From Malacoraja senta (taxonomy: Eukaryota): DNA of 64,000 nucleotides. The position numbers and the translations under genes are program-made. Where the stretch lies: NCBI GenBank assembly GCA_038087875.1, contig CM075990.1, positions 5,892,001 through 5,956,000 of the forward strand, written 5' to 3'. How positions within the stretch are numbered: position 1 is the stretch's first letter; every line of letters begins with the position of its first letter. This document shows positions 51,201 to 62,839 of this stretch, piece by piece. A model generated the notes under the pieces. The model searched no databases and was not told the origin of the DNA. It worked only from the letters and a program-made list of their open reading frames with translations.

Positions 51201-54200
51201 AATGATGTGTGCTAACTGGATATCCTACCGACTACACAGAATTCTCTTATTTTGTGTTGTTTCTCAATTAATAAATTAAAACCTACAAATTTATAAAGGA
51301 AATAGCAAAGCACTAATCGTGTGTGAAACCAGATTAATAAAAAATGTATGCTATATGAGTTCACAATTTTTTGTAACACCAAAGTATATGTTCTTTGAAT
51401 TCAAGTACCTGTAGATGGTCAATAAGCAAAATGGATCCTTTTATTATACTCGTAGGCTCTTCAGAGACCGACCAGAGCTTCTCCATTAGATCACTGTACC
51501 CTTGGAAAAATACAGTTGGAGGGAACTGGACATCAAAGAGAATCACTGACATACTGGCGGTGATTTCATCATCATCATCGTCCTGTGCAGAGCTTTCTTT
51601 GAAGAAAGAGTCGAGACCTTGTGCTTCAATGGATACCTATTCCAGATGTGAAGGGGAATGTACAATAAATAGTCCCGCCAATATAATAACTGGTAAGTGT
51701 GCCATGTCAAGTCAAAACAAAATCTCCTGAGATCACATTGCTAATTTCATGGGTTACTGAATTGATATTAAGAGTGGGAGCTCTGCTTGATATTTTTCTA
51801 TCCTCCCCCAGAAGCAATGGGGTTAACCTTAGCCTCACATATGCTGCCTGATATTAGTTTATGTCATAACCTGAACATTCCTGGTTTAAATCTATTGATT
51901 GGGTAGACATGAGAGGTAGGAGGAGAGTATAAATATCTGGTTATTGACTATCATTATATTTCATGTCATGTGCATTAGAATTGTTGGATACATGTAAACT
52001 GAGATTAATGCAGAATTAGCGCAACAAATGGTTAATAATTGGTGCACACTCAACAGTCTATGAACCTATGTGTAGGAAGGAACTGCAGATGCTGGTTTAA
52101 ACCAAAGATAGACAAAATGCTGGAGTAACTCAGTGGAACAAGCAGCATCTCTGGAGAGAAGGAATGTGTGACGTTTCGGGTCCTGACCATGGGTGTTTTC
52201 TGTACGGAGTTTGTACGTTCTCCCCGCATGATAGATCTGCCATTAATGATTTGTCTGTAATATCCTTCTCCTTGAGTGGGAGTTGGAACAATGTGGACAA
52301 ATATCTGTCACATGATTCATATGTGTAGTTTGATTTAGAATCTAGAACGTATCCGCAATTAATTTGTCTGGGCCTGAAGTTGTTCCACGATTGTTATTCT
52401 TTGTTCCCCAAAAGTAAAACATTTCCTTCTCATTACAGAAGTGTTAAAAAATTTCCTAAATTGAATATCAGCAAATAAGATTGCAAATGTAATAACTATC
52501 TGGTCAGTTCCATACAAAGCCAAGCAGTCAAGGAAACGTGAACATACCTGTGTTGCATGAAGCTGATTTCCCTGATTTAGTATGAAAAAATCTGTGAGAC
52601 TCTTCTGTAATATTCCAGTGTCTCCAAAGAGTAAATCCATATTGTAAGAGGATATGGCATCTGTGGTAACTTAGAAAGAAACTAAATTGGAACATATTTT
52701 CTTAAATAAAATGTAAAGCATAATGGTTCAATATTCACATAGTTTTTAATGATCTAAATGTGTAGCAAAAGATAATGGATGTAATTAAGCTCCTATTACC
52801 TGCTAAGTATCCCGAAGAGGAAGATGAACATCCAAATCTGGACATATGATTGTAATTATATATCAGTCGATCTCTCAGGAGCTCTCTTATTACTTTGCTA
52901 CAAAAAGTAGGAGAAAATAAGGTTTAGCGGAGAGAAAAGGTTTTTCTTTAGAAGTTCACTATCATTATCAGAAGTTCAGACAACATACTAAAAAGAAAAA
53001 AAAACATGTATTATTTTCTCTTAGGTTTAAATTAAATCCTTCTGTACCCAACAGTTCAGCAAAAGTGCCACTGAGCATAGTTCTCAAGGACAAAAATATA
53101 CAAAAATCTATGGCATAAAGATCCAATGTTCACTCAAAGATGTTACACTATTAAAATGAATGAAAATGAACACAATAGAAGAGTCTTTAAGCTTGTGGTA
53201 CGTTCTAGGTAATTTGTAGAACCATTTTAGTCATCAAAGCCTGATGGACAGACCTCAAAGTGTCCGCTGTTCTGGTAAACAAAGCCTTCCTGACCTCTGT
53301 AAAAACAAAGAAGATATGCAATGGAAGCCACCAGGTCTGCTCTGGGTACTGTAATGTTATTCATCCCCATGTGTTTCTGTCTGTCTTAGTTGAACGAAGT
53401 TCTGCAATTCAATCACTTAAGGTTATGAGATAAATTCAGACTATGGTACAAAGACTATGGTACTTTGTGCCTTCCCTCACAGTGGGTACCATTGTGGGGG
53501 GATGTTTTTATGTTTTATGTTAAATTTCTTTATAATGTTATGTTGTATTCTTATTAATGTGCTGCAATGGCAACTTGAATTTCACTACACCAATTGGTGT
53601 ATGTGACAATAAATGAACCTTTGAACCTTTGAACCTTTGAAGATGATAGAATATAGGATTAGCTCAGACTCGTGTGCACAGGAACATTCTCCACCCCACC
53701 ACACTCAAATATAATTCACTGTCTGCGAGTGGGGTTAAAACAAAACCAGGGTGCGTGAGTGAAATAGGGAAACGTATGAGGCAGACTCATTTGTTGGAAA
53801 ATGTGAAAAGTTCAGGAGACTGGGAAACATGGGATTAGCACTGGCGTGGACTACAACTTTACTATCATTATTATCACGACTTTTCTTCAAGCAAGCACAG
53901 ACTTGACTGGCCAGTTCTTACAGCCGAGGAAGAATCGATCAATGTTAAGATAAAATTCTGTGAGACTGGGAAATATTACTTCGCGATCTGCCTGTAGATG
54001 AGAAATGCAGACCATTTTTTGCAGGTCCATCTCGCAATGATTTCACAAATCTCGGGAGTTGCACACAGAACATGTTTCCATCCATCTTTATGATTTGGAC
54101 AGACCTTTAGTATAACCTGCTGTTTTTTTTACACCATTACTTCACCTAAATAAAAAGGCTTCTGCATATAGATTTTTAAAAATTGCTTTCGCAAGTAACA

Positions 54201-57200
54201 GGAGAGGTTAGGGCATCGAGGTAAAGGTAGACAAGTATGCAGTGGTATAAGTTTTATGTTCATAAAATCTCAGATAAACCAGGCTTAAGGGCGGCACAAT
54301 GGCATAGCAGTAGAGCTGCTGCCTTACGGCACCAGAGATGCAGGTTCGATCCTGACCACGGGTGCTGTTTGTATGGAGTTTTTGCATTCTCCCTGTGACC
54401 GCGCTGGTTTTCTCTGGGTGCTCCGGTTTCCACCCACACTCCAAAGATGTACAGGTTTGTAGGTTAATTGGCTTCAGTGAAATTGTAAATTGCCCCCAGT
54501 GTGTAGGATAGTGTACGGGTTGATTGCAGGTTGGCGCGGACTCAGTGGGCTGAAGGGCCTGTTTCCGCACTGTATCTCTAAAGTCTAAACGAGTTGGGCC
54601 AAATGACCTCCATTTACTTTACATATTTGCTATGATTCTACAAACAGCAATCCTGCTCTGACCTTGCTTGATGATGGTCTGAGTGTCGGATATTCTGCAG
54701 TTTTGCCACTGTATACTTAGATAGTTCTGATTCCATTTCTCTCATAGACAGTACAATATTTTTCAATTCCATTGGTGAAAGTTGGTTATTGAGGATCACA
54801 TCTAGTGCAGCCATTCGCACAGCAGTCCCATACCGATTCCTGCTTTGGTGAAAAATTCTGTTCATCTGTTTCTTCACCTAATTATGAAAAATAAGTTAGT
54901 ATTAAATGGATATAGGTCATCAATAATATATTGTTACCAATTTATACAACTCAACTTCCAGTGCTCACTAAAGTTATGTTGTTTTCAGATCTCCACTTAT
55001 ACATTCATTCCTCTTTAAAGTGGCACATGAATTCAGAATACTATATCCCAGCCATGTTCATGTCTCTTATTTAGTGACTTGCTCCGTTATTAACCTTTTT
55101 AAAATGCTTCAAAAAGACTGGCTTTTGCACTGCTGGTTCATTTGTCATGTGATTTTAAAATCAGATAACCAATAATCAGTTTGAGATTTGTATAAACAGG
55201 AAATGGGTTGATTTAATTTTACAGATATAAATGTAGGAATTCATACTCCAAATGGGAGTACGGTACTTACTAGAAATTCCAGGACACCCGCAATAGAAAT
55301 TTCAGCCTGGTGATAATAATGATTGTAACGTTGTGGTGTACACCGTGCTAATAAATAATATATAGTCCATACAGCACAGCTTAAACCTCCCTGTTGATGT
55401 GGATTTCTGTGAACAGATCTTTATAGCTGATATGTCTCATTAATGGTGGACATCAGGTTTGAATGGGCATAAAACTAGGAATAGCCTGGACCTGGCCCAA
55501 CCATAGCTGTTCCCTACCAGACGTGAGCCAGAGTGTTTTCCTATCCCAACCTAATCTAACCTGGCCAACGTCTCTCTGCATGCTTGCCTGCCCCTTAATA
55601 CTGTCCTTTCCCCTCATTTTTCCAACTCAACATTGTCTACTTTTATCTACCTGCCAGCCTCTTTTTTCTCATCTTTCTCACCTTTTCACAGATTACATGG
55701 TCTGGATGGACCTAATATGAATTTTTCATGAGCATATACAGCTGACCCAAACATGAAGCCAACAAAGTGGGATCCTTTCAACCTCTCTGGTATTATGTAC
55801 CACATAAGAGAGGTTTGCTTTATGCAAAGATGCATGTGGAAAGAGCTGCCTGATTGCCCTACTTTGGGGGATAGGCAAGGTTTAGTTGGTGGCCCCTGTT
55901 GGTGCCGTTCCTTGTGGATGTAAGCCCTTGTAACCAAAGCTTCATGTGAGGTTGAGATATTGAGGGAGGGGATTCTTGTGCTGAGATAGCCAAAGACATG
56001 ATTAACAAGACCAGTAGAGGCAATAGTCTTTTGAATATTTTATATCTGTGTATTTTAAATATGTTAAGCTTCAAATCTTATGATCTGATTAATTTTAAAG
56101 GAGTTGAACTAGGCATTAAAAAACACCAACTGGAAAATGTCAGTGAATATTTCATCCTCCAGGTATGACATGTAATTTATTACCACGTTTTCAGTGAAAA
56201 TCATTTTAGAAATTATAACAACCCAATACAGCAATGGCATAGATGTCAAGTTGTTGGACTTGCAACCCTGAGACCTGGAACACAAATCCATAGATACAGG
56301 TTCAATTCCCATCATGGCACTTTAGAATCTGAATAAAACATGTCTAATCAATAACCTCATGGCTAGACATATCCTTTACTCTTGTAATACAATCAAACCA
56401 AAGGATTAGTCCCGATTCGATGCCCAGTAGGGTATGCCATGAGATTTACCTAAAACCAAGCTGCCAACCTGGTTGGCACCTGTTTACATCCACAATAAAC
56501 ACCAGAATCAGCAAGCAATAAAATTCAGCAATCCTACAGACATTTGATCAGATCACATCTCTGTAGTCTCGTCATGTCCAACTACGAAGGATGATTAACA
56601 ATTAAACAGCTAATGGGAAAAGATTCTAAGAACAGTCCCAAGCTCAACAATGTCCGGGCTAAAACCAAGTCTGGGTCATTTGATTAGTACCCCATCTCCT
56701 ACCTTCAGCATTAATTTCCTCCATTATCACTGCACAGTGGCTACAGTGTATTATCTACAAAATGCATTGCAATTACTCACCCAGGATCGTCCAACATGGC
56801 CTTCCAAACCCCCACCCCCAACCACTCAGCATGTGTCAATATTTGCATGTTCTCCCCTCCCTCCCACCTGTCTGAGGTCACATACCATCTGATTCAGACA
56901 TGTATTGTCATTGCTGGTTCCAAATTCTGAAGTTCCCTATCCAACAGTATTGTTGAAGTACTTTCACCAGAGGGATTAGAGCTTCAGGAAGGTAACCAAG
57001 GTATGGGTGATGAGGCAATCCAATGCAGTAAGCTGTAGAATGAAGCATGTTGTTGTACTTGTAACCTCACCACTGCTTTTATATTTGGTTGGGGGCTCAC
57101 AGAACGTAGTCCAGACGTGCTCATTAATTAGCCAAATGTCACAAAAACCTTACCATGGTTATATTTTTTACCTCTTGAGTGATATAGGCACTTGGGAATC

Positions 57201-60200
57201 TCTGTAGTGCAGCCACAGCGATAGACGTCACAGAATTTGTTTGGCCCTTGGTGTATTGTAACAAGAGTGGGATCGTTTCTGGAAGCCGCGCATTCTTCAG
57301 TGCCAGGAGGTACATCTTCACATCGGCCTCTTCTTTAGCTGTATTCAGTCCCTCCAAAATCACTTTCTTTGCAATTTCAACTTCCTGGAACAGGAATAAT
57401 TATAGGGAAGAGTTAAAGCAGGTTCTGGGACCAGTGTAGTGTTTCTCTATAATCCTGCTATTCAATTTCCTCCCCTGCCTTAATGTCGGTCGTTATAAAA
57501 ATGGTGTTCAAGGGCCTTTGATCAGAACCATGATGGTCCACTCTCAATGACCTTGCCTGATGTCCACTCTTTCTCTGTGACAATTGACTGAGATGGGGCA
57601 ACATAGATGATGCATCTAGCCAAGGCGTGAAGACCGGATTCTTATACTTTTCCGCAGGAGTCACTTGCCTAAAATAGCCTTTGGCTAATAGGGAAATTGT
57701 GACTTGATTCTGTGGACTTTAATACTATATTTTCCCAATCTGGAAGTGGTTTAGAGGAGGGGAGTCAGTCTACCTCATGACAGAAGGGGGGAGGAGTTGT
57801 ACAGTTTGATAGCCACAGGGAAGAAGGATCTCCTGTGGCGTTCTGTACTGCATCTTGGTGGAGCCAGTCTGTTGCTGAAGGTAGTCCTCAGGTTGACCAG
57901 TGTGTTATGGAGGGGGTGGGCTATATTGTCCAAGATGCTCTGCAGATTCAGGAGCATCCTCCCCTCCAAGACCACCTCCCATGAATCTAACTCCGCTCCC
58001 AGGACGGAGCCAGACTTCCAGATGAGCTTGTTAATCATGTTTTAACCTCTAGTCTAGCTTCACTCAGTTCAACAGCAAAATTGGAAGCAAATCAACCAGC
58101 TGTAAAATTAAAGAGGTTATTATTCTACTTTGTGTTTAAGCAGGAACTGCAGATGCTGGAAATTCGAAGGTAGACAAAAGTGCAGGAGAAATTCAGCGGG
58201 TGCACCAGCAGCTATGGAGCGAAGGAAATAGGCAACATTTCGGCCCGAAACGTTGCCTATTTCCTTCGCTCCATAGATGCTGCTGCACCTGCTGAGTTTC
58301 TCCAGCTCTTTTGTCTACCTATTATTCTACTTTTATTTATCAAGAGAGAAATAGTCTTATTTACTTACTTAATGTATTAAGTTAAATGTGAATTATTGAC
58401 CTGTATCTTAATACATTAATGGGGTAAACACATCAACGTTACTAACCTGGAGTTTACACAGGTTTCTCAGACACATTTTGCCAATCACTGCTCCAATCAC
58501 TGAAACGGTGGTTTCTTCCACTTCTCTGCTCGCAATCTTACTTTGAAGCTTTGCCTTTAAGGGAAACACATCAGTTATATACAAAATTACAATGCTTGCA
58601 TGCGGCACGGTGGCGCAGTTGCTGCCTTACAGCACCAGAGACCCAGGTTCGATCCTGACTACGGACCCTTGTCTGTATGGAGTTTGTACGTTCTCCCCGT
58701 GATCTGTCTGGATTTTCCCCGGGTAGCACCGGTTTCCTCCCACACTCCAGGTTTGTAAGTTCATCGGCTTGGTAAATTTGTAAATTGTCCCTAGTGTGTG
58801 TAGGATAGTGCTAATGTGCGGGGATCGCTGGTCGGCGCGGACTAGGTGGGCCAAAGGGCCTGTTTCCGCGCTGTAACTCTACACTACACGAAGCGTAAAT
58901 AAAGCAGGCTTTGAGCAGGTGTGTATGGAGCTTGTCGTGGTTCTCCAATTTCAACTTCAACTGAGAACAACCCTTGGTTTTCCAAAAAAAAAAGTCACTG
59001 GCCATTCACTCTTCTTTCTCAGCTATCTGCAATCTCAATAAGTAAATTAATGTCATGCTCTTGGATTTAAGCACTAAGTCTTCATTTAAATTTAAACCTG
59101 CTTATCAGTAAGTATTTGATTAATTGGCAAAGTTCCTAACTCCAAGGTTTCGGTGCAGAGGTATTGTAGAGAAAGAGGAAAGTGCAGTAATTGGGCCACA
59201 TTCATTAAACACGCCAAATACTCTGCATTCTCTAATCGTTTCCTCGAATACATTTCAGTTTTTCATCATCCACGATTAGTAACATCCCTCACGTGTTTAA
59301 ACCTTGATCTCTGGAATTTCCATTTGCTTCTTAACCTCCAACAGCTTTATTTAGCTCAGTAAACAATTCACCCTTCTACACCTGTTTTGTCCAAAACAGG
59401 ATGTGCGTATAACATCTTACTTAAGGCACATAACACTGGTAATGCCGAGGCATAATTTAAATCTCACCAGGGATGCCAGAGAATTTAAATGTATTTAAGA
59501 AATAACATTAAACGCTATTATCATTAATATAAACTATACAAATATTGATTACGACAAAACTTTGGTTTACAAATATCATTCATAAAGTTTTCTTACCATT
59601 GAAATGAAATTCATTGTTTGTTACTGACCATATTGCAAAACAAGTATTAGACCCAATAAAATGATTTTTTAAAAGCCTATTGCTGCACAATGACATATCG
59701 AGCCTGATGGCTTGGTGCTGTGACAATGTGAGAAATTGGCATATGCAGCCTTGAAACGGTACATTATACATTGAAACTATTTCCATTCATAACTTATGCA
59801 TCTAAATTTGAGAAGATCTTCCTACCTGGAGATCAAAACTACAGGTACCATAAATATAAAAAGATCACTCATAAATGCAAATGGAAATTCAAAGGAAACT
59901 TCTTCACCCACTAAGTTTTTGAAAGTGAGGTATGTGTCATCACATGTAATTGAGGCAAATGGCGTAAAGCATTCTCAGGGAAGCTGCTTAGATGGGAAAC
60001 ACCATGAAGGAGTTGATGGATGGGGTTAGTCGATGACTGCAAGGAGGCTCATCAACACCATCAACTATATTGCTTTGCACGTAGAACAAATGTTAAAATG
60101 AAGGCCCCAATAAATTAATAAAACATTCTGGCCTTTAAATATTGTCCACTTTTAGAAAACGTTACCAGTGCTCCATGGCAAAATAGCAGGCTTTATTTTA

Positions 60201-61853
60201 CGAAGGTAGATAAAAATGCTCGAGAAACTCAGCAGGTGAGGCAGCATCTATGGAGCGAGGAATAGGTGACGTTTCGGGTCGAGACCCTTCTTCAGACTGA
60301 CTATTGAAACATATAGGATTTAGTGTATATAAGTGTATATAAAGGTAACTGTAACTTTAAGAACTGGGTGTGATTTGTGTGATGTGATATATTCATTATC
60401 TTATCAGACAATAATATTGTATGTGACAATAAATGTCCTTAGTCCCTTTTGTCCTTTAATCTCATGAATATGTTTGAGTTTGCGCAGTGCACTGTAAAAT
60501 AAAAAAGCCCCACACTGGCAACAGCCTGTACTGAAAACCCGTGCTCCGTTTTCTATCTACATGTTACTGCTGTAATATCTTATAATTGAAACATAAGATT
60601 TTACCCCTGCGGCAGAAAATTATTTAAACATAGTTATCTCGTATTGTGGGAATAGGATTTAATTTCCGTAACGCATACGTACATACCAACAATGTGTTCA
60701 AAAGCTCTTTGGATGGGTAGGAAGAGAAGGCGGCAGCGTACAAGAATGTCTTCACTTGAGAACTTTGTTTCTCGTTGGTGAAATCCAGATATTCTGAGAG
60801 CGCACTCAAGGATGATTCGGTCTGTGCCGCTGTGGCTGAGTCGATCAGGAAGGAGCTGGAATATATCACAGGCGGTAAGAAGCCTTCCAATTCTGGAAAT
60901 GTAGCCACCGGGCACAAAAGTACTGACATTCACGTCTGAATTCATGAAGAGGGTAGTGGCCATATGGAACAAGCTGCCAGAAGCAGTATTTGAGGCAGGT
61001 ATAATAACAACATTTAAGATACATTTGGACAGGTACATGGATAGGAAAGGTTTAGAGGAATACAGGGAGACACAGGCAAATAGGATTAGCTTAGATAGGG
61101 CAGCTTGGTTGGCATGGATGAGTTAGGCCCAAGGACATGTTTATGTGCTCTATGACTCTGACTCCATATGGAACACTTCATCCCTTAGTATCCTAGCTGA
61201 ACGTCCTCTCGTAACTAGAAAGAGTCATTTTCTGACACCCCGATTTACACTGAGGCTCATGAGAAAATGGCAGAATGATTTCAGATCCCACCGGGGTAGC
61301 ACGGTGGCATAGTGGCACAGTTGCTGCCTTACAGCGCCAGAGACCCATGTTCGATCCTGACTACGGGTGCTTATCTATATGGAGTTTGTACGTTCTCCCC
61401 ATGACCTGCACGGGTTTTCTCCGTGATCTCCAGTTTCCTCCGACACTTCAAAGACCTACAGGCTTGTAAGCTAATTGGTTCGGTATAATTGTAAATTGTT
61501 CCCTGTGTGTGTAGGATAACGTTAGTGTGCAGGGATCGCTGGACGGCGTGGACTCGGTGGGCTGAAGGGCCTGTTTCCACGCTGTATCTCTAAACTAAAC
61601 TAAACTAAAATGGATTTCATCTGCCAGGAAGGATTTTTAGACTCCTAAACAAATAGACATTTATAGTAGCAAAAGGAAGAAGTGCATTAACTCACATCTC
61701 ATTGTCAGCTGCCTTCTTCAGAAAATGTATGATCTCTATCTTCTTTGCTTCTCTCAGTAGTTGAACAAAAGCTAGGAATACCTTTGCTGCAGATGTTTTA
61801 GAAAGATCTTGCAGGTTGTTTTTCTTATTGAGACTTTTCAAATAGTCATTTGC
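45066..61853 (-). CDS. mttp: Microsomal triglyceride transfer protein large subunit-like gene, 3' portion (11 exons equivalent to human MTTP coding exons 8-18); 5' exons lie beyond the window
   Basis: Exons 61853-61696, 60855-60687, 58554-58447, 57384-57172, 54877-54663, 52897-52800, 52669-52548, 51636-51409, 50547-50423, 46584-46414 and 45213-45066 (158/169/108/213/215/98/122/228/125/171/148 nt), all GT-AG with a continuous frame. Motifs MYLLALKNA, LFDVQ, GYSDLM, LQSGL, ELPLHQANSEMCK. Confidence 0.93.
46208..46291 (+). mobile_element. Single pLTR-derived repeat with a 13-bp TSD
   Basis: TCTTAGTTACAGA at 46195-46207 and 46292-46304. Confidence 0.8.
46414..46584 (-). CDS. mttp: MTTP-like exon (exon 17 equivalent)
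   Basis: GALVINSVIKVDTTFAQAGVKSNSEATAALDFVSSVKFLDSPILICLQLLNGPFQS; 171 nt. Confidence 0.92.
46772..47083 (+). mobile_element. tRNA-derived SINE
   Basis: Same head, core and tail as the other copies. Confidence 0.85.
48545..48775 (-). mobile_element. CR1 LINE 3' end
   Basis: gcaggagtaggccattcggcccttcgagccagcacc...gaattccacagactcaca. Confidence 0.8.
48780..49260. repeat. Purine-rich (GA) low-complexity tract
   Basis: Strong A/G strand bias with no clear period. Confidence 0.6.
49545..49815 (+). mobile_element. CR1 LINE 3' end
   Basis: tttaataggaatctgaggggtaac...aagctgccagaggaggtagttgaggcagg...gaagggcctgtttcc. Confidence 0.8.
50423..50547 (-). CDS. mttp: MTTP-like exon (exon 16 equivalent)
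   Basis: SFMLQSGLVANAEFQGGLGIDVSGIIELSLWSQKCKTNIRS; 125 nt. Confidence 0.92.
50790..50960 (+). mobile_element. Possible Tc1/mariner transposase 5' remnant
   Basis: PMKVKEAIMRLRNKNKTVRDIRQT resembles the Tc1 N-terminal HTH; no TIRs seen. Confidence 0.45.
51409..51636 (-). CDS. mttp: MTTP-like exon (exon 15 equivalent)
   Basis: VSIEAQGLDSFFKESSAQDDDDDEITASMSVILFDVQFPPTVFFQGYSDLMEKLWSVSEEPTSIIKGSILLIDHLQ; 228 nt. Confidence 0.93.
52548..52669 (-). CDS. mttp: MTTP-like exon (exon 14 equivalent)
   Basis: TTDAISSYNMDLLFGDTGILQKSLTDFFILNQGNQLHATQ; 122 nt. Confidence 0.9.
52800..52897 (-). CDS. mttp: MTTP-like exon (exon 13 equivalent)
   Basis: KVIRELLRDRLIYNYNHMSRFGCSSSSSGYLA; 98 nt. Confidence 0.9.
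54289..54590 (+). mobile_element. tRNA-derived SINE
   Basis: Same head, core and tail as the other copies. Confidence 0.85.
54663..54877 (-). CDS. mttp: MTTP-like exon (exon 12 equivalent)
   Basis: VKKQMNRIFHQSRNRYGTAVRMAALDVILNNQLSPMELKNIVLSM...; 215 nt. Confidence 0.9.
57172..57384 (-). CDS. mttp: MTTP-like exon (exon 11 equivalent)
   Basis: EVEIAKKVILEGLNTAKEEADVKMYLLALKNARLPETIPLLLQY...ALQRFPSAYITQE; 213 nt. Confidence 0.93.
57760..58040 (-). mobile_element. Rex1/Babar-like LINE 3' fragment
   Basis: INKLIWKSGSVLG...ILDNIAHPLH...ERHRRSFFPVAIKLYN. Confidence 0.78.
58132..58319. mobile_element. Inverted pair of pLTR-derived repeats with a 14-bp TSD
   Basis: TATTATTCTACTTT at 58118-58131 and 58320-58333; arms meet at taggcaacatttcggcccgaaacgttgccta. 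Confidence 0.82.
58447..58554 (-). CDS. mttp: MTTP-like exon (exon 10 equivalent)
   Basis: AKLQSKIASREVEETTVSVIGAVIGKMCLRNLCKLQ; 108 nt. Confidence 0.9.
58602..58890 (+). mobile_element. tRNA-derived SINE
   Basis: Same head, core and tail as the other copies. Confidence 0.85.
60268..60295 (-). ncRNA. Minimal hammerhead ribozyme-like motif in a Penelope-derived short repeat (60203-60300)
   Basis: Reverse complement reads CTGAAGA A GGGT CTCG ACCC GAAAC GTC. Confidence 0.6.
60687..60855 (-). CDS. mttp: MTTP-like exon (exon 9 equivalent)
   Basis: SFLIDSATAAQTESSLSALSEYLDFTNEKQSSQVKTFLYAAAFSSYPSKELLNTLL; 169 nt. Confidence 0.92.
61295..61610 (+). mobile_element. tRNA-derived SINE
   Basis: Same head and core, with an (AAACT)n tail. 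Confidence 0.85.
61696..61853 (-). CDS. mttp: MTTP-like exon (human exon 8 equivalent)
   Basis: ANDYLKSLNKKNNLQDLSKTSAAKVFLAFVQLLREAKKIEIIHFLKKAADNE; 158 nt. Confidence 0.9.
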
Positions 61854-62839
61854 CTAAAAGAAAAATAAAGTAACTTTTCATTCTGGATTCCACCCAAAGC
61901 TTCAGAGCAGTTCAACTGAAGGGATCTAGAAATATTCAACAAGGGGAAAGGAAGCTTCGGTATTAATGTATGGGCAACGCAAGACAAGAGTGTTTTATTG
62001 TCATATATCCCAGACAGGACAACAGAATTCTTACTTACCGCAGCACAACAGAATATGGAAACATAGTACATAATGGGGGGGGGGGGGGGGGGAGGTTTAA
62101 TGTGTGTATATACACATGCACACATAATAATTAAACAAATATAGTGTAATAATAATGATAGTCTGTTGTAGTTCAGAGCTTATCTGTTGTCGTGTTTAAT
62201 AGCCTGATGGCTGTAGGGAAGAAGCTGTTGCAATAAGTGATAGCCCTTGATCTGAATTACAGAATGGTTGATGAAAAGATGGTAACTTGGAGTGCTGTGA
62301 GTAAACTAGATAAAAGATAAAACGACAGAGTAAAAATGGAAGATATATTGAATAGGTCAGTGGGGAAATATGAAGGTCAATCAGCATTTAGGGAAATGAA
62401 AATCTAGTTTTTCAGGTGCATTCACTGGGATACAGGTCCACAATGTATTAATCTATCTACTATTGTCCTCATTCCTGTTGGCTGATATATATATATTTTA
62501 CATTTTATTTATGTCATATTTTAAATAATTTGGGGTTTGAGTTTTCAAAGCTGAATTATGGAAAGTAATCTTAAAAACAAAAACTGATATATGGCATCAT
62601 CCTTTGTTCCAAAGGCTTAAAAAATATTTTTTTACAAAAAATATCTCAATCCTGGCTTCATAATTAATAATTAAAAGTGTAACAGCCATCTTACAGTACA
62701 CTTATTTTGTAACATAATTTCTAAAAGATCTAGCTGCAACTTGTAGTCCTCAACAATAGAAATAGCTTTTCTTTTTCTACTGTTAAGAGTTAAGATTGGG
62801 TCATCCATTGACCTGCTAGATTCTAAAGAATATAATTTT

